DNA of 64,000 bases. It comes from an uncultured Gemmatimonadales bacterium (GTDB taxonomy: Bacteria > Gemmatimonadota > Gemmatimonadetes > Gemmatimonadales > GWC2-71-9). How positions within the stretch are numbered: position 1 is the first letter of the stretch; each line of letters opens with the position of its first letter. Location: positions 640,001 to 704,000 of the forward strand of contig CAWGED010000005.1 in the NCBI GenBank assembly GCA_963821525.1, read 5' to 3'. Of this stretch, positions 41,417-52,609 are shown piece by piece. A program made the translations under genes and the position numbers. The notes below the pieces were generated by a model. That model was given only the letters and a program-made list of their open reading frames with translations. It did no database searches and had not been told where the DNA came from.

Positions 41417-42077
41417 GTGGTGCAGAGCCTGATCGCCGAGGCGTTCGCGTTCTTCCTCCTCGCGTTCCCGCGCTCTTCTCCATCATCAACCCGCTGGGCG
41501 GAGCCTTCATCTTCCTCGCCGCAACCAGCCATCTCGCTCCCCGGGTCCGGAACAAGATGGCGCGGAAGATCGCCTTCTACAGCTTCGTCACCCTCGTCGT
41601 CTCCATGCTGATCGGAGCGTATGTGCTCAAGGTGTTCGGGATTTCGATGCCGGTGCTTCGGGTGGCAGGCGGGATCGTCATCGCGCTCTCGGCCTGGAAG
41701 ATGTTGACCGCAGACGACGAGGGCGAGAAGCAGAAGGCCGCACTGAGGACGCGAGCGGGCGCGAGGCCGAGACATGGCCTTCTACCCGCTTACGATGCCG
41801 GTGACGACCGGGCCGGGACCATCTCGTCGCGATTGCGCTGGGACCGGCAGCGCCCGACGCCGGTCCTGTTCGCCCTCGAGGCGTTTGCCACCGCGGCTCT
41901 ATCTGCCTTCTCATCTACTGGTTTTACGCGGGGTCGAGCCGGTTGGCGAAGGCGGTAGGGCCCACGGGAACATCAATCATCGCGCGTCTCTCCGCCTTCC
42001 TCCTGTTCTGCATCGGGATCCAGGTGCTGTGGAGCGGCTTTGCAGAGCTCCTCACCACACTACCGCACGTTCCCTGA
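41417..42077 (+). CDS. MarC family membrane protein (indels)
   Basis: LFSIINPLG, FGISMPVLRVAGGI, AFYPLTMPVTTGPG, RLSAFLLFCIGIQ. Confidence 0.85.
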
Positions 42078-42084
42078 CAAACAG

Positions 42085-45000
42085 CCTTGTGCTTCGCCGG
42101 CTCCCATTGACGATCTTCAGGTCCAGCACGAAGATTGTGTAGAGCACCGGCACGAGCACCAGCGTGATCCGTGGCGAACGTCAGGCCGCCGATCTGCGCG
42201 TAGCAGAGCGGCTCCCACAGCGGCCCGCCGTGCATCGCGAGCGGGACAGCCGAACACGGTCGCGCCCACGGTGATCAGCACCGGCCGCAGGCGCACGATG
42301 CCGGCGTCGAGCAGCGCGTCGCGAGCGGCTCGCCTTCCGTGCGCTCCTCGATGAAGTCGAAGAGCACGATGACGTGACTCACGATCACGCCGATCAGGCT
42401 CGCGATCCGAGAAACGCCATGAAGCCGAACGGCGCGCCCATGACGACAGCGCCGACGAGCGCGCCGGCGACGCCGAACGGGATCGCCGCGAAGACGATCA
42501 GCGGCTTGACCGCGCTGCTTGAACTGGAGCACGAGCGCCAGGAAGATCGCGGCGACCGACAAGCCAGCATCACGACCGCCAGCTCGCCGAAGCCCTTCAT
42601 CTGCTCCTCGTCCTCGCCGCCGATCACGAGCTGGTAGCCGGGCGGCAGCGAGCTCGCGACGACCGGTCGAGCTCGGGCATGGGCAGCGTGCAGCACCTCC
42701 GACGGCAGGACGCCCGGCACCGGGAAGCCGACACCGTGATCGTGCGGAACTGATTGCGCCGCGGATCTTCTCCGTCTCCATCCCGTAGTCGACGCGTCGA
42801 CACCTGGCGCGAGCGGCACCTGCTGCGCGTGCCCTGCCGAGGTAGACGTAGAGGTTCTGCAGATGTCCGAGAGCTGCGCGCGCTCCTCCACGCGCAGCCG
42901 CGCACGACCGGGATCTGCTGGTCGCCCTCGCGAAGCGACGTCACCGGAGCCGTTCATGCCGACCGCCGACGACCGCGACGTCGAGGTTCGAGACGCCCGG
43001 CGAGGTTCGCGCGATCCGGATCGACGTCCAGCTTGAACGGTGAAGCTCTCCGCGCCCCAGTCGTCGCGAACGCGCGTCGGCGTCGGCGAGCCGCGGAAGA
43101 TCTGCCTGAGCTTCTCGGCCAGGCGCGCGCAGCGTCGGCGATGTCCTCGCCGGAGATGCGGACCGCGACCGGGATGCCGACCGGCTTGCCGTTCTCGAGC
43201 TGGCGCACGTCGATGCGCGCCCCCGGCACTCGCGCGCGAGAGCGCGTCCTGCAGCGGCGCCACGAGGTACTGGGTGTCGTGCTTGTCCTCCACCTCGATG
43301 ATCATCTGCGCGTAGTTGAGCTGCGGCAGCTCGGGCGACACCGAGAACCAGAAGCGGGGCCCGCCGCCGCCGACGAACGTGGTCAGCGACTCCAGCACCG
43401 CTCGGCTTGCCGTCTCGCCGGATGGTCCTCGCCGTACTCGGCTCCGCGACCTGGCGGATGACCGCTCGGCCTGCTCGGCGATCTCGCGTGGTCGCGAGAG
43501 CGGCGCGTCCTCGGGCAGCCAGACGTCCACGTACGAGAGATACGAGAGGTCCTTCGGGAAGAACTGCGTCTTGAGCCGGCTCATGCGACCAGCCGCCCAG
43601 GACCAGGAAGACGCAGCGACGCCGAGCGCCACCCCCAGCGGTGCTCGATGCGCCCAGCCGCCGACGCCGGTAGTACCGCCCGGCGAAGCCCTGCGTGCGC
43701 CGCTCCTCGATCGTCGGCTCGGCTTCTTGTCGGCCGCAGGAGGTAGTAGCCGAGCAGCGGGATGAACGTCATCGAGACGATCCGCGACGCCACCAGCGAG
43801 CAGGCGAGCACGACCGGCAGGCTGTAGATGAACTGCCCGACGTCGCCCGTCAGCATCAGGAACGGCAGATAGGCGACGATGTTCGTGATCGTCGCGAACA
43901 GGATCGCCGTCGCGAGCTTGGTGGGCCCGAGCCAGGCGGCGACGAGCGGCGGATGGCCGTGCGGCGAGCTCGCGCTTGATCGCGTCGCCGGCGACGACCG
44001 GATCGTCGACGAGCAGGCCGAGCGCGATGATGAGCGACGCGATCGAGACCTGCTGCAGGTCGATGCCCAGGAGCGTGCATCAACCCGAACGTCATCGCCA
44101 GCGTGAGCGGGATCGAGAGCGCCAGCAGCAGCGCCGAGCGCCACTCCCAGAAGCCGACGAGCGCGACGAGCACGACGAGGACGATCGCCTCGTAGAGGCT
44201 GCTCATGAAGAGGTCGACGTTCTCCTCGACCTGCAGCGGCTGGTCGGAGGTGCGCGCGACGATCAGGTCGGGCGGCAGCCTGCTTCTGCAGCCGGCGAGC
44301 GCCGGATCCACCGCGAGGCCGAACTCGCCGATCTGCTCGCCCGGCCGCATCTGGAGCGACAGCGTGATCGCGCGGGCGCGGTGCCAGTCCCCGCCGCGTC
44401 GCGCCGGTGTAGAAGTTCAGGAACCGCGGCGGGCTCTCGTAGTCGCGATTGACGTCCACGAGGTCGCGCAGGTAGAGCGGCGCTCCGTCGCTGCGAGCGG
44501 CCGACGATCACGTCGCCGATCTCGCGCTCGGACATGAACTCGCCGGACGGATCGACGCGCCACTGTTCCTCCCGCTCGCCTCGATGAGCCGCCCGGCAGC
44601 GGTGATGTTGCGGGCCCCGAGGATGTCAGCAGACTTTCGGGAGGCAACCCGTACGAGGCCAGGCGCTCCTGCGAGAAGCTCGAGGTAGACCTGCTCCTCG
44701 AGGACCGCCGCGCGATCAACCTTGGAGACCTGCGGGACCGTCTGGAAGGTGCGCTTCATGAGGTCGGTGAAGTCGTCGAGATCGCGATAGCTGTACTTGT
44801 CGCCCGCGACCGCCAGCGAGGCTTCCCCTCGGTCTCCTCCGGATCGAAGACGACGAAGGCCGCCACACGTCCGGATGGAACTCGGCCACCCGCAGCCGCT
44901 GGTGAATGATGCGTTGCAGGATGAACGGAGGATGCGCCGAGTCCTCGTCATCGGTCACCCCGCTCGAGCCCGAAGAATCCGGCCCCCTCGAAGGAGCGGA

Positions 45001-45680
45001 GGCTTCGCGAAGATGCCGTCCTGCAAGAACTGTGCCAGTGATCGAACACGCGCCGCAGCGACCGCGGGTCGAGGCTCGACGGGTAGCTGTAGACGAGCGT
45101 TGCGCGCTTCGCGCCCGAAGCCGGCGGCGCGGCCTTCTCGCGGACCTGCACGACGCCCTTCTCGATCTGCGTCGCGCGGAGCTGGAGCTCGACGTCGCCG
45201 GCCTTCGGTGAGCGACCGTGAGCATCAGCGCGGTGGTGTCGCCGAAGTCCTTGATGAACTGAACCGGCTGGACACCCTGCGGGAAGCTCCCGGCGAGGGT
45301 ATCGAGCTTCATCTTGACGTCGTCGAACTCTTTGCCGGGGTCTTTGAGTTCTCCTGGAGCGAGACGATGACGACGGCGACGCCCGTGCGCGAGGTCGAGT
45401 CGATGTGCTCGACCTTCGAGTTCTCCGCGATCTTCTCGATCTTCCGGGTGACGAGCTGCTCGACCTTCTCCGCGGACACCCGGCCAGCGACGAGCGCGGC
45501 CGCGACGCGGACCGGGATTCCCGGGTCCTTCCGCTTCGGCATCCACGCGTACGAGAGCAGCCCCCACACCACGGTCGCGAAGAGCACCACCCAGGCCACG
45601 TGCCGGGTCTCGGTGAAGTAGCGCGCCGTGTTCTTCGTCGTGCGGATGCGCTCCGCGTCGCCCTTGTCGTGCGCTGTCAT
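42085..45680 (-). CDS. RND efflux permease, AcrB family (heavily frameshifted; 3' end approximate)
   Basis: NTARYFTE, AEKVEQLVTRKIE, GLLVDDPVV, ATITNIVAYLP, QFFPKD, GGPLWEPLCYAQIGGL. Confidence 0.85.
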
Positions 45681-46384
45681 GTCCCGTCCGGGATCACGCG
45701 GACGGCATCGCCGTCGGCGAGGAGGGTCGCGCCCATCGAGACGACGCGCTCGGCCGCTTTGAGGCCTTCGTTGACGACCACGGCGTTCCCGACGACCTCG
45801 CCGAGCTTCACGTCGCGGAGGTGGGCGACCTCCTTCCCCTGCGCCCGTCCTTCGGTGGCTCGACGACGTAGACGGAGAAGCCGCGCGGGTCACGTGGCGA
45901 CCGGACGACGGCGGTGAGCGGTAAGGACCAGCGCCGCCGTGTCGAGCGTCGAGTCGGGGAGACGAGCTTCGCGATCATGCCGACCTTGAGCTGGTCCTTC
46001 GGGTTCGGAAGCGTCGCCTCGACATCGAACACACGGCTGCGCACGTCGGCCGACGGGGCAATGCGCGTGATCGTCCCGCTGAAGTCGCCTGGGACGGCCT
46101 CGAAGCGAACGAGCGAGCCGCCGGGCCTCAGCTTCTCGATGAGCTTGTCCGGCGCGCCGAAGACGACCTTCACCGTCTTCGTATCGGCGATGACGAACCC
46201 CAGGGCGCCCGGCCCGACGAGCGAGCCGACCTCGACCCGCATAACGGGTCTCACCGCCCCCCTGGCCACTCGTTCCGACTGCCACCACCGTGACGGGCAA
46301 CGGCGGAGTCGGTGGCGGTGGTTTCTCCTTGCACGCCGGCACTCCGAGTGCGGCGACCAGGGTCCAGAGGTGGCGTTTCATCAT
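45677..46384 (-). CDS. RND periplasmic adaptor lipoprotein, internally deleted (possible pseudogene or misassembly)
   Basis: Lipoprotein N-terminus (VPACKEK) joined directly to the C-terminal VEVGSLV..GTITRIAPSAD..VFDVE part; hairpin region missing. Confidence 0.65.
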
Positions 46385-46403
46385 TCCTCCTCGTGCCGGG
46401 GCG

Positions 46404-48832
46404 TCAATGCTGTGGCGGCGCCGCCAGGTCCCGAAGCCGCTGCAGGAACGCCTCGCGCTGTTCCGGGGGTTCCAGGACGCCGAAGGTTCCCATCGCCCGC
46501 TCCACCCGCATGAGATCGAGCAGGAAGTTGTTGATGGCATTTGCGGCGGACCGGGAGGAGCTGAGCGCCGCAGACTGGGCATCGAGCAGGGCGGTGATCG
46601 AAGCGGTACCGCCGGCGTAGGCATCGCTGACCAGTTCGTAGTTGCGGTCTCCCGCTTCCGCCGCATCGCGGGTCAGAGCAATGGCGGCGTAGGAGGAGGC
46701 CGCGTTCTCCATTGCCGCGAGGATACGCTGGGTAACATCCTGGTTGATGCCCTCTCTCTGGATGTGCAGCCGGTCGAGATCAATGCTCGTCTGCGATCGC
46801 GCAGCGATACGCCGGAATCCAGTAAAGAGTGGAAGCGCCGCCTGAAGCCGGACCTGCCAGGAGAGATCGGGTCCTCTGTCAAAGAGGCCGCCGAACTGGG
46901 GCGGAACCGATGGCAACGTTGCTCCCGCACCGCCACGGCTGAAGACATTGTTGAGGCCGCCATCCAGGGTGAGGTCGGGAAGCCAGAACGCTCGTCCCGC
47001 GGCGGTTCTCTGCCGCTCCTGGGCGGCGATGGCGGCATCAACCTGGGCCAGCTCGGGCGAGAGGTTGAGCGCTTCGTCGACAAGGAAGTCGGTGAGCGCC
47101 GCGAAACGGGCAGGCTCGCCGAACCAGGTCAGGACGGTGGAATCTTGAGGACCAGTAACGCCGGGTCGGCGAAGGACACCGGCTCCTGTGCCAGCGGTTG
47201 CCCGAGCGGCCGATTCAGGATTCGCTTGAGGGCGAGACTTGCGACCCGGACCTGGGTTTCCGCTTCGATCAGATCCTGCCGCGCCGTCGCCACCTCGCTC
47301 TGCCAGCGGTAGACATCGGCGCGGCTCGCGGTACCCACGCCCTCGCGGAGTCGAGCGACCTCGAGGTTGGAAAGGGAACGGTACAGATTCGAGCGCTGGA
47401 CGTCGGCCACGGTGCGGAGTCGCAGTACATCCAGGTACGCGGTTGCTGCGTCGAGCACCACGTCGAGTCGCAACTGGTCCCGCTGCGCGACTCGGGCCTC
47501 CTGCAGGCTTCGCTGGGACGAATAGCCGGCCCGGCTTGCTCGGAGTAGATCGGCACGAACCCGGAGATCCCGCCATCAAGCAGCCTCTCGGGTTGCTGTG
47601 CCAGGCTCGCCTGGGCCGTCTCCTTGCGGGTGTACGTGCCGGTGAGCCGGCTGTCTACCTGAGGGAGCAGGTTCGACCGCGCCAGGCGTACCGTCTCCTC
47701 GCCTGAAGCCACCTCGAGGTTCGCGGCCGCCACATCGAGATTGCTCACGAACGCCTGCTGCATGCTGGCCGCGAGTGTCAGCGTGTCGCGGGGACCGGCG
47801 GAGTCCACCTGCACGAGGTCGGCCTCGGTGAGGAGGCTCCATCCCGGCGAGAATCCGATCTGGCGAGCGGCTGCGAGGTTGAGGGTGAGTCGCGGCGCGC
47901 TGACCAGCTCACCGGAAGTGTCCCTGCGTCTTCTCCCGCAAGAATGCGCTGCAGGTCCACTGCGACCCGGCGAGCTCGTCGACGCCAGTTCTCCGGTGGT
48001 TCGTACGATGCGAGAGCGCCGAGGCGGAGATCGGGGTCCACGACGTAGCTCAGCGTTGCAATCCGGCGCTCATTCAGGCCGGCGAGCAGCTGGCCCAGCT
48101 CGCGCTCGGACATGGAGGGAAGCGGGGTCAGGTATGCCGCGTCCACGTCGGCCGGCAGGGCCGCAAGAATCAGCGCCGCGCTGTCGCGACCGGGAACGAT
48201 CACCGGTTCAGCGCCAACACTTCGCACCAGCTCGCTTGCCTTCGCCTCGAGCTGGGGAATTGCCAGCAGGTCGCGATCGAGGAGGACGGCGAGTTTCCGA
48301 AACGGGATCAGCCGGTGGAAATCGGCGAGCGTACTTCCTACCGGATACGATTGGTCCACGTACGCGAGGCGAGGGACTCCGCTCGCCCCATCCTTCTGGG
48401 GAGCGTTCTGCCAGGCTGCGTCGATGACGACCGCGGCGATCGCGGGCTTGGGCGGGCTGCCCGATCTGGTAAGCCAGTAGGAACCGACTGGTCCAGGGCG
48501 ACAACAACAGAAACCGACGGATCGTTAAAGGCGCGCTTCAGGGCTTCTGCTACGCCGCCGACCGTGCCGTCGCCGGTGATGGGTGGAAGAAGCTCGATCT
48601 CACCGGGCCGGAAGAATCCGCGAACCTCGGTCTGGAACAGGTCCACGGCGGGCTGGATCAGAGGGCTCGCTCGGTCGAGGACGATCGCGATGCGCGCGGG
48701 GCTCCCCTGGGCGGCGAGTCGCGAGCCGACCGGCGATGCGAGCAGGAAGCAAAGAGTCAGAAGTCGGATCCGACTCTTCCACCCGACGCACGGGCTTGGA
48801 GGCCTGGGGGATCGACTTAGGACGAAACTCAT
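46404..48832 (-). CDS. TolC family protein with an N-terminal periplasmic substrate-binding-like domain (indels)
   Basis: Signal peptide; about 330-aa alpha/beta region (RIAIVLD, VSVVVAL, DAAYLTPL); two OEP repeats (NLEVARLREGVG; NYELVSDAYAGG). Confidence 0.8.
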
Positions 48833-48913
48833 TAATGACTGGCTGGGAACAGCAGTTCTCCTTGGAAGGCCCGCCGTCAAGACGCCGCAGCATGGTCGAT
48901 GCCCGCCGGGTCA

Positions 48914-48950
48914 CAAAAGAAACGCCTCCCCTTTCGAGGAGGCGTTTTAA
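48914..48950 (-). terminator. Intrinsic terminator downstream of the PG-binding gene
   Basis: Minus strand AAACGCCTCC-TCGAAAGG-GGAGGCGTTT followed by CTTTT. Confidence 0.75.
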
Positions 48951-49009
48951 ACACGGGACTGGGAAGGAGTGTTGACCGCGTTCGTCCCGTGGGAGGTTTG
49001 TTGCTACCC

Positions 49010-49358
49010 TTACGGACTCGCCGGAGCGGTTGCCGGAGCAGGCGGCTCCAGCTTCTTCAGGGTTTCCTCGTCCAGTTTGCCCGTCACCTTCAGCTTGTTC
49101 TGGGTCTGATACTTCTTGATTGCGCCGGAAAGCTCGTCGTTCCACTTCCCGTCCACCTTGCCTTTGTAGAGTCCGGCCTTGGTCAGGCTCTGCTGGGCCA
49201 TGGTGACTTCCTGCTTGCTGGGTTCATGCTTCTTGTTGCTGGACGTCGTCGCCGCGGCATGAGTCGTCGGGGGCGGGAGTCGCCGTGGCCGTCGACTGCG
49301 CGTTGAGCGTTCCCGCTACGAGCACGAATACACCAGCTAGAGCCAACTGCTTGAGCAT
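49010..49358 (-). CDS. Small secreted peptidoglycan-binding domain protein (indel)
   Basis: GGAGG RBS, signal peptide; AQQSLTKAGLYKGKVDG..AIKKYQTQNKLKVTGKLD (PG_binding_1). Confidence 0.85.
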
Positions 49359-49435
49359 ACGCTTCCTCCATTGGGATGAGCCCGGCCGACGCCGGGACTG
49401 TCCAACTGGTCCTGCTTTCGACAGTGATGTGTTGG

Positions 49436-49450
49436 GCAAGCGCGGTGCCA
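49436..49450 (-). promoter_or_regulatory. sigma54 -24/-12 promoter
   Basis: TGGCAC-CGCGC-TTGC, upstream of the PG-binding gene and just downstream of a bEBP gene. Confidence 0.8.
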
Positions 49451-49594
49451 CGCGGAATTCACCCGAAGAGGCGTGAATCAGCGGCGAAAGCCGAGATTTT
49501 CAGTTTTGGATGAAGGTGGAGCGACAGGCTGGCCGGGCGGAGTTGGCGGATGGGACAGGATGTCCGCCCGGCCCATGCGAAGAAATGCTGGTGA

Positions 49595-51007
49595 TCAGGA
49601 TCGCGGTGTCGACATTCCCCAGCGCTGCAGCATCCGGGACAACGTGCGGCGGGAAATCTGGAGCACTCTTGCCGCGCGTTCGCGATTGCCGTCCGACGCG
49701 GCGAGCACCGCCAGGACGTGCCGCTTCTCGACTGCCGCGAGGGGAATCATCTCGGTGGCCGGAGCGTTCGGGCCCTGAGGAATAATCGGTGCGCTGTGGG
49801 GCTGGAGTGCGGCCCGCACTTCCTCCGAGAGATGTTCCGGTCCGATCACATCCTGCGCCGCGAGCACCAGGGCGCGCTCCAGAACATTAAGGAGTTCGCG
49901 GACATTGCCGGGCCAGTCATACATCAGGAGCGCGCGTTGTGCTTCAGGATCGACCGCTACCGGGCCCCGCTCGTGCCGAGCCGCCAGCCGGCGTAGCAGG
50001 TCATCGATTAGGAGAGGAATGTCCTGCCGGCGCTCCCGCAGCGGGGCCAGTGTGATGGTGACCACATTAAGCCGGTAATACAGGTCCTCCCTGAAGCGGC
50101 CCTCGCGGACCAGCACCGGAAGGTCGCGATGGGTCGCGGCAATCACGCGAACATCCACCCGCACCGGTGTTTCCGATCCCACCGGCACGATTTCCTGTTC
50201 CTGCAGCACCCGCAGCAGTCGCGATTGGAGGGCGGGGGAGATGTCCCCGATTTCATCGAGGAAGAGCGTCCCGTGGTCCGCCTCCCGGAAGAGGCCGGGT
50301 CGAGCGGCCTGTGCGCCGGTGAAAGCGCCCCGGACGTGTCCGAACAGTTCACTCTCCAGCAGCCCTTCGGCGAGCGCGGAGCAATTGACCGCGACGAACT
50401 TGGCCCGGCTTCGCTCCGAGTAGCGGTGGACCGTTCTCGCCACCAGCTCCTTGCCCGTCCCGGTTTCTCCTGACACCAGCACACTGGCCTGGCTGGGCGC
50501 TACCCGTGCCACCGTCTTCATCACGCCGATGATGGCGGGACTGTGGCCCACCAGCTCGGGCTCCTGTTCCCGCCGTCCATCCGAACCGTTGGACGGCTCG
50601 TCGCTCCGGGAGACCTGGATCCGTTTCCGCTCGAGCGCGCGCGAGAGTACCAGCCGCAGCTCGCCGATATCGTAGGGCTTGCTGATGAAATCGTGGGCAC
50701 CGGCGCGGATCGCCTCGCCCGCGGTGCCCGCGTCGCCGAAGGCGGTGAGCACGATGACGATCGCGTTCGGATCCCGCTCGCGCACCACGCGCAGGAGATC
50801 GAGCCCGCTCGACCCGGGCATCCGCAAGTCGGTGAGTACCGCGTCGAAGGGGCCTTCGCGTCCCAGCTTCGCGAGTCCTTCAGAAGCGGAGAGGGCCCGG
50901 ACGATCTGGTAGTCTTCCCGCTCCAATACTTCGGAAAGGAGACGGCAAGCCGCCTCGTCGTCGTCCACCAGCAGAAGTCTCGGAGAAAGTGCCACGCTTA
51001 TAGCCAC
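49595..51007 (-). CDS. sigma54-dependent response regulator (NtrC/AtoC/ZraR family)
   Basis: REC domain, GETGTGKE, ESELFGH-RGAFTGA, LFLDEIG, C-terminal HTH. Confidence 0.95.
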   Translation of the reverse strand: MAISVALSPRLLLVDDDEAACRLLSEVLEREDYQIVRALSASEGLAKLGREGPFDAVLTDLRMPGSSGLDLLRVVRERDPNAIVIVLTAFGDAGTAGEAIRAGAHDFISKPYDIGELRLVLSRALERKRIQVSRSDEPSNGSDGRREQEPELVGHSPAIIGVMKTVARVAPSQASVLVSGETGTGKELVARTVHRYSERSRAKFVAVNCSALAEGLLESELFGHVRGAFTGAQAARPGLFREADHGTLFLDEIGDISPALQSRLLRVLQEQEIVPVGSETPVRVDVRVIAATHRDLPVLVREGRFREDLYYRLNVVTITLAPLRERRQDIPLLIDDLLRRLAARHERGPVAVDPEAQRALLMYDWPGNVRELLNVLERALVLAAQDVIGPEHLSEEVRAALQPHSAPIIPQGPNAPATEMIPLAAVEKRHVLAVLAASDGNRERAARVLQISRRTLSRMLQRWGMSTPRS

Positions 51008-51008
51008 G

Positions 51009-52469
51009 TCACGCCGTCCGTTCTAAGGCGGAGGGAAGTGAAAGCCGCCACGCCGTCCCCCTCTCGGTTGGAATATGCTCGAGGTCCCCGCCAAGGCTCC
51101 TGGCCAACCGCTGGCTGACCGCCAGCCCCAGACCGGTGCCTGCCTGTCCCTTCGTGGTCACGAACGGATTGAAGAGGTGACGCTTCGCCTCCGCCGCCAG
51201 GCCAGGCCCGGTATCGCGAATCTCAAGCCATGCCTCCGAGGTGGAGCCCCCGGTCCGAACTTCGATCTTCCCACCCTGGGGCATCGCCTCGATGGCGTTC
51301 TTGACCAGGTTCAGCAGGATCTGCTCCACCAGCGCTCCGTCGGACATCGCCATCGACTTGCCCATGGCGGCTCCGGCCGGCACCAGTTCTCCGCGGACCC
51401 CCTGCTCGGCCATCGTCGGCTCGAAGAATCTGAGCACCCGTTCCGCGACACCGCCCAAGTCGGTGGGGCGAAGCGCCGGCGTAGGCCAGGCTCGACGCTC
51501 CAGACGGCTCTTCACGATTCCGGTCAGCCGGTCCAGCTGTCCCAGCAACAAATGAACCCGTTCCAGCGCGAGCGGAGAACCGGCTGCCCGAAGATCATCG
51601 CGCAGGAGCTGCAAGTGCCCGCTCAACGTGTTCAACGGGGTACCGATCTCATGGGCGAACGCCGCCGCCGTCTCCTCCGACAAAGCCAGCCGGTCCAATC
51701 CTCGCGCCTTCTCCTCCAATGAGAGCAGCGCGCCGCGTGCTTCGCTTTCCCGCTGCCTCGCCGATAGCGCTTCGCGAAGGTCGTTGTATCGTCGCGCGAG
51801 CCCGCGGAATTCATTGGGACCGATCTCCACGGCCGGAGGAGCCGACTCGACTCCGGCGTGCGCCTGATCCAGCGTATACCCCAATGCGCTCAACGGTTTG
51901 CCCACCCACTGGGCGGTGAGCCAGGCGACACTCGCCGCGAGCAGGAGGGCTGCGATCACCGCGAATGTGTAGCTGCGTTTCCTTTCCAGCCGAGCCCAGG
52001 CCTGCAGGGTCAGGGTCGAGACTTCGACACTCAGAACGCCATACGGCCGGATGCCACCGAGCGGCTTCGCGACTCTCCACGCGGGAGCGCTGTCCCGTAC
52101 CTGCCAGGTCCGTAGTGCATTGGATTGGATGGCCTGGTACTCCTCGCTGGTCGGGATCGGATCGCTGAGCGTTCCGCTCGCGGCGATGAGCGTGAGCCGG
52201 TCTCCCACCCGCCGCCATACCGCGGCAGACGTGGTGGTGATGTGCTGGCTCGGCCACCCGGCGAGACCCTGTGCGATTGCGGTGGAGTCACCGGTTGGAG
52301 CGAGACGGGTGATGTATTTGGCCCAGGTCTCGGCGAGTGCGACCGATTCGCTGCGGAGGTCATCCAGTCGAGACCGTTCGGACCAGGAGAGCGCGATCTC
52401 GGTCGACCCCAAGACCAGGAGGATGGCCATGGCAGCTGTAAGAACAGCCAGACGATGGATAAGGCCCAT
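51009..52469 (-). CDS. Membrane sensor histidine kinase
   Basis: 2 TM helices, AHEIGTPL, NLVKNAIEA, DTGPG, GTGLGL. Confidence 0.92.
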   Translation of the reverse strand: MGLIHRLAVLTAAMAILLVLGSTEIALSWSERSRLDDLRSESVALAETWAKYITRLAPTGDSTAIAQGLAGWPSQHITTTSAAVWRRVGDRLTLIAASGTLSDPIPTSEEYQAIQSNALRTWQVRDSAPAWRVAKPLGGIRPYGVLSVEVSTLTLQAWARLERKRSYTFAVIAALLLAASVAWLTAQWVGKPLSALGYTLDQAHAGVESAPPAVEIGPNEFRGLARRYNDLREALSARQRESEARGALLSLEEKARGLDRLALSEETAAAFAHEIGTPLNTLSGHLQLLRDDLRAAGSPLALERVHLLLGQLDRLTGIVKSRLERRAWPTPALRPTDLGGVAERVLRFFEPTMAEQGVRGELVPAGAAMGKSMAMSDGALVEQILLNLVKNAIEAMPQGGKIEVRTGGSTSEAWLEIRDTGPGLAAEAKRHLFNPFVTTKGQAGTGLGLAVSQRLARSLGGDLEHIPTERGTAWRLSLPSALERTA

Positions 52470-52519
52470 GCGAGAGGTCCATTTCTGCCTTCTGCCCCGG
52501 CGTATGAAACCGCCCAAAG

Positions 52520-52534
52520 GCAGAGAGCATGCCA
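52520..52534 (-). promoter_or_regulatory. Probable sigma54 promoter of the kinase/regulator operon
   Basis: TGGCAT-GCTCT-CTGC (GG-N10-GC spacing) about 50 nt upstream of the kinase ATG. Confidence 0.6.
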
Positions 52535-52609
52535 CTTTGCCCCCGGCAAGCAGTCGGAGAGGACGCCCTTCGCCGAGACATCCTGTCCTATTCTTGACAG
52601 AATGTCAGG

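Noticed and set aside
48889..48904. Third sigma54 promoter upstream of the TolC fusion (GGGCAT-N5-ATGC)
   Set aside because: Only the GG-N10-GC spacing matches; no GACA-N3-TGTC boxes nearby
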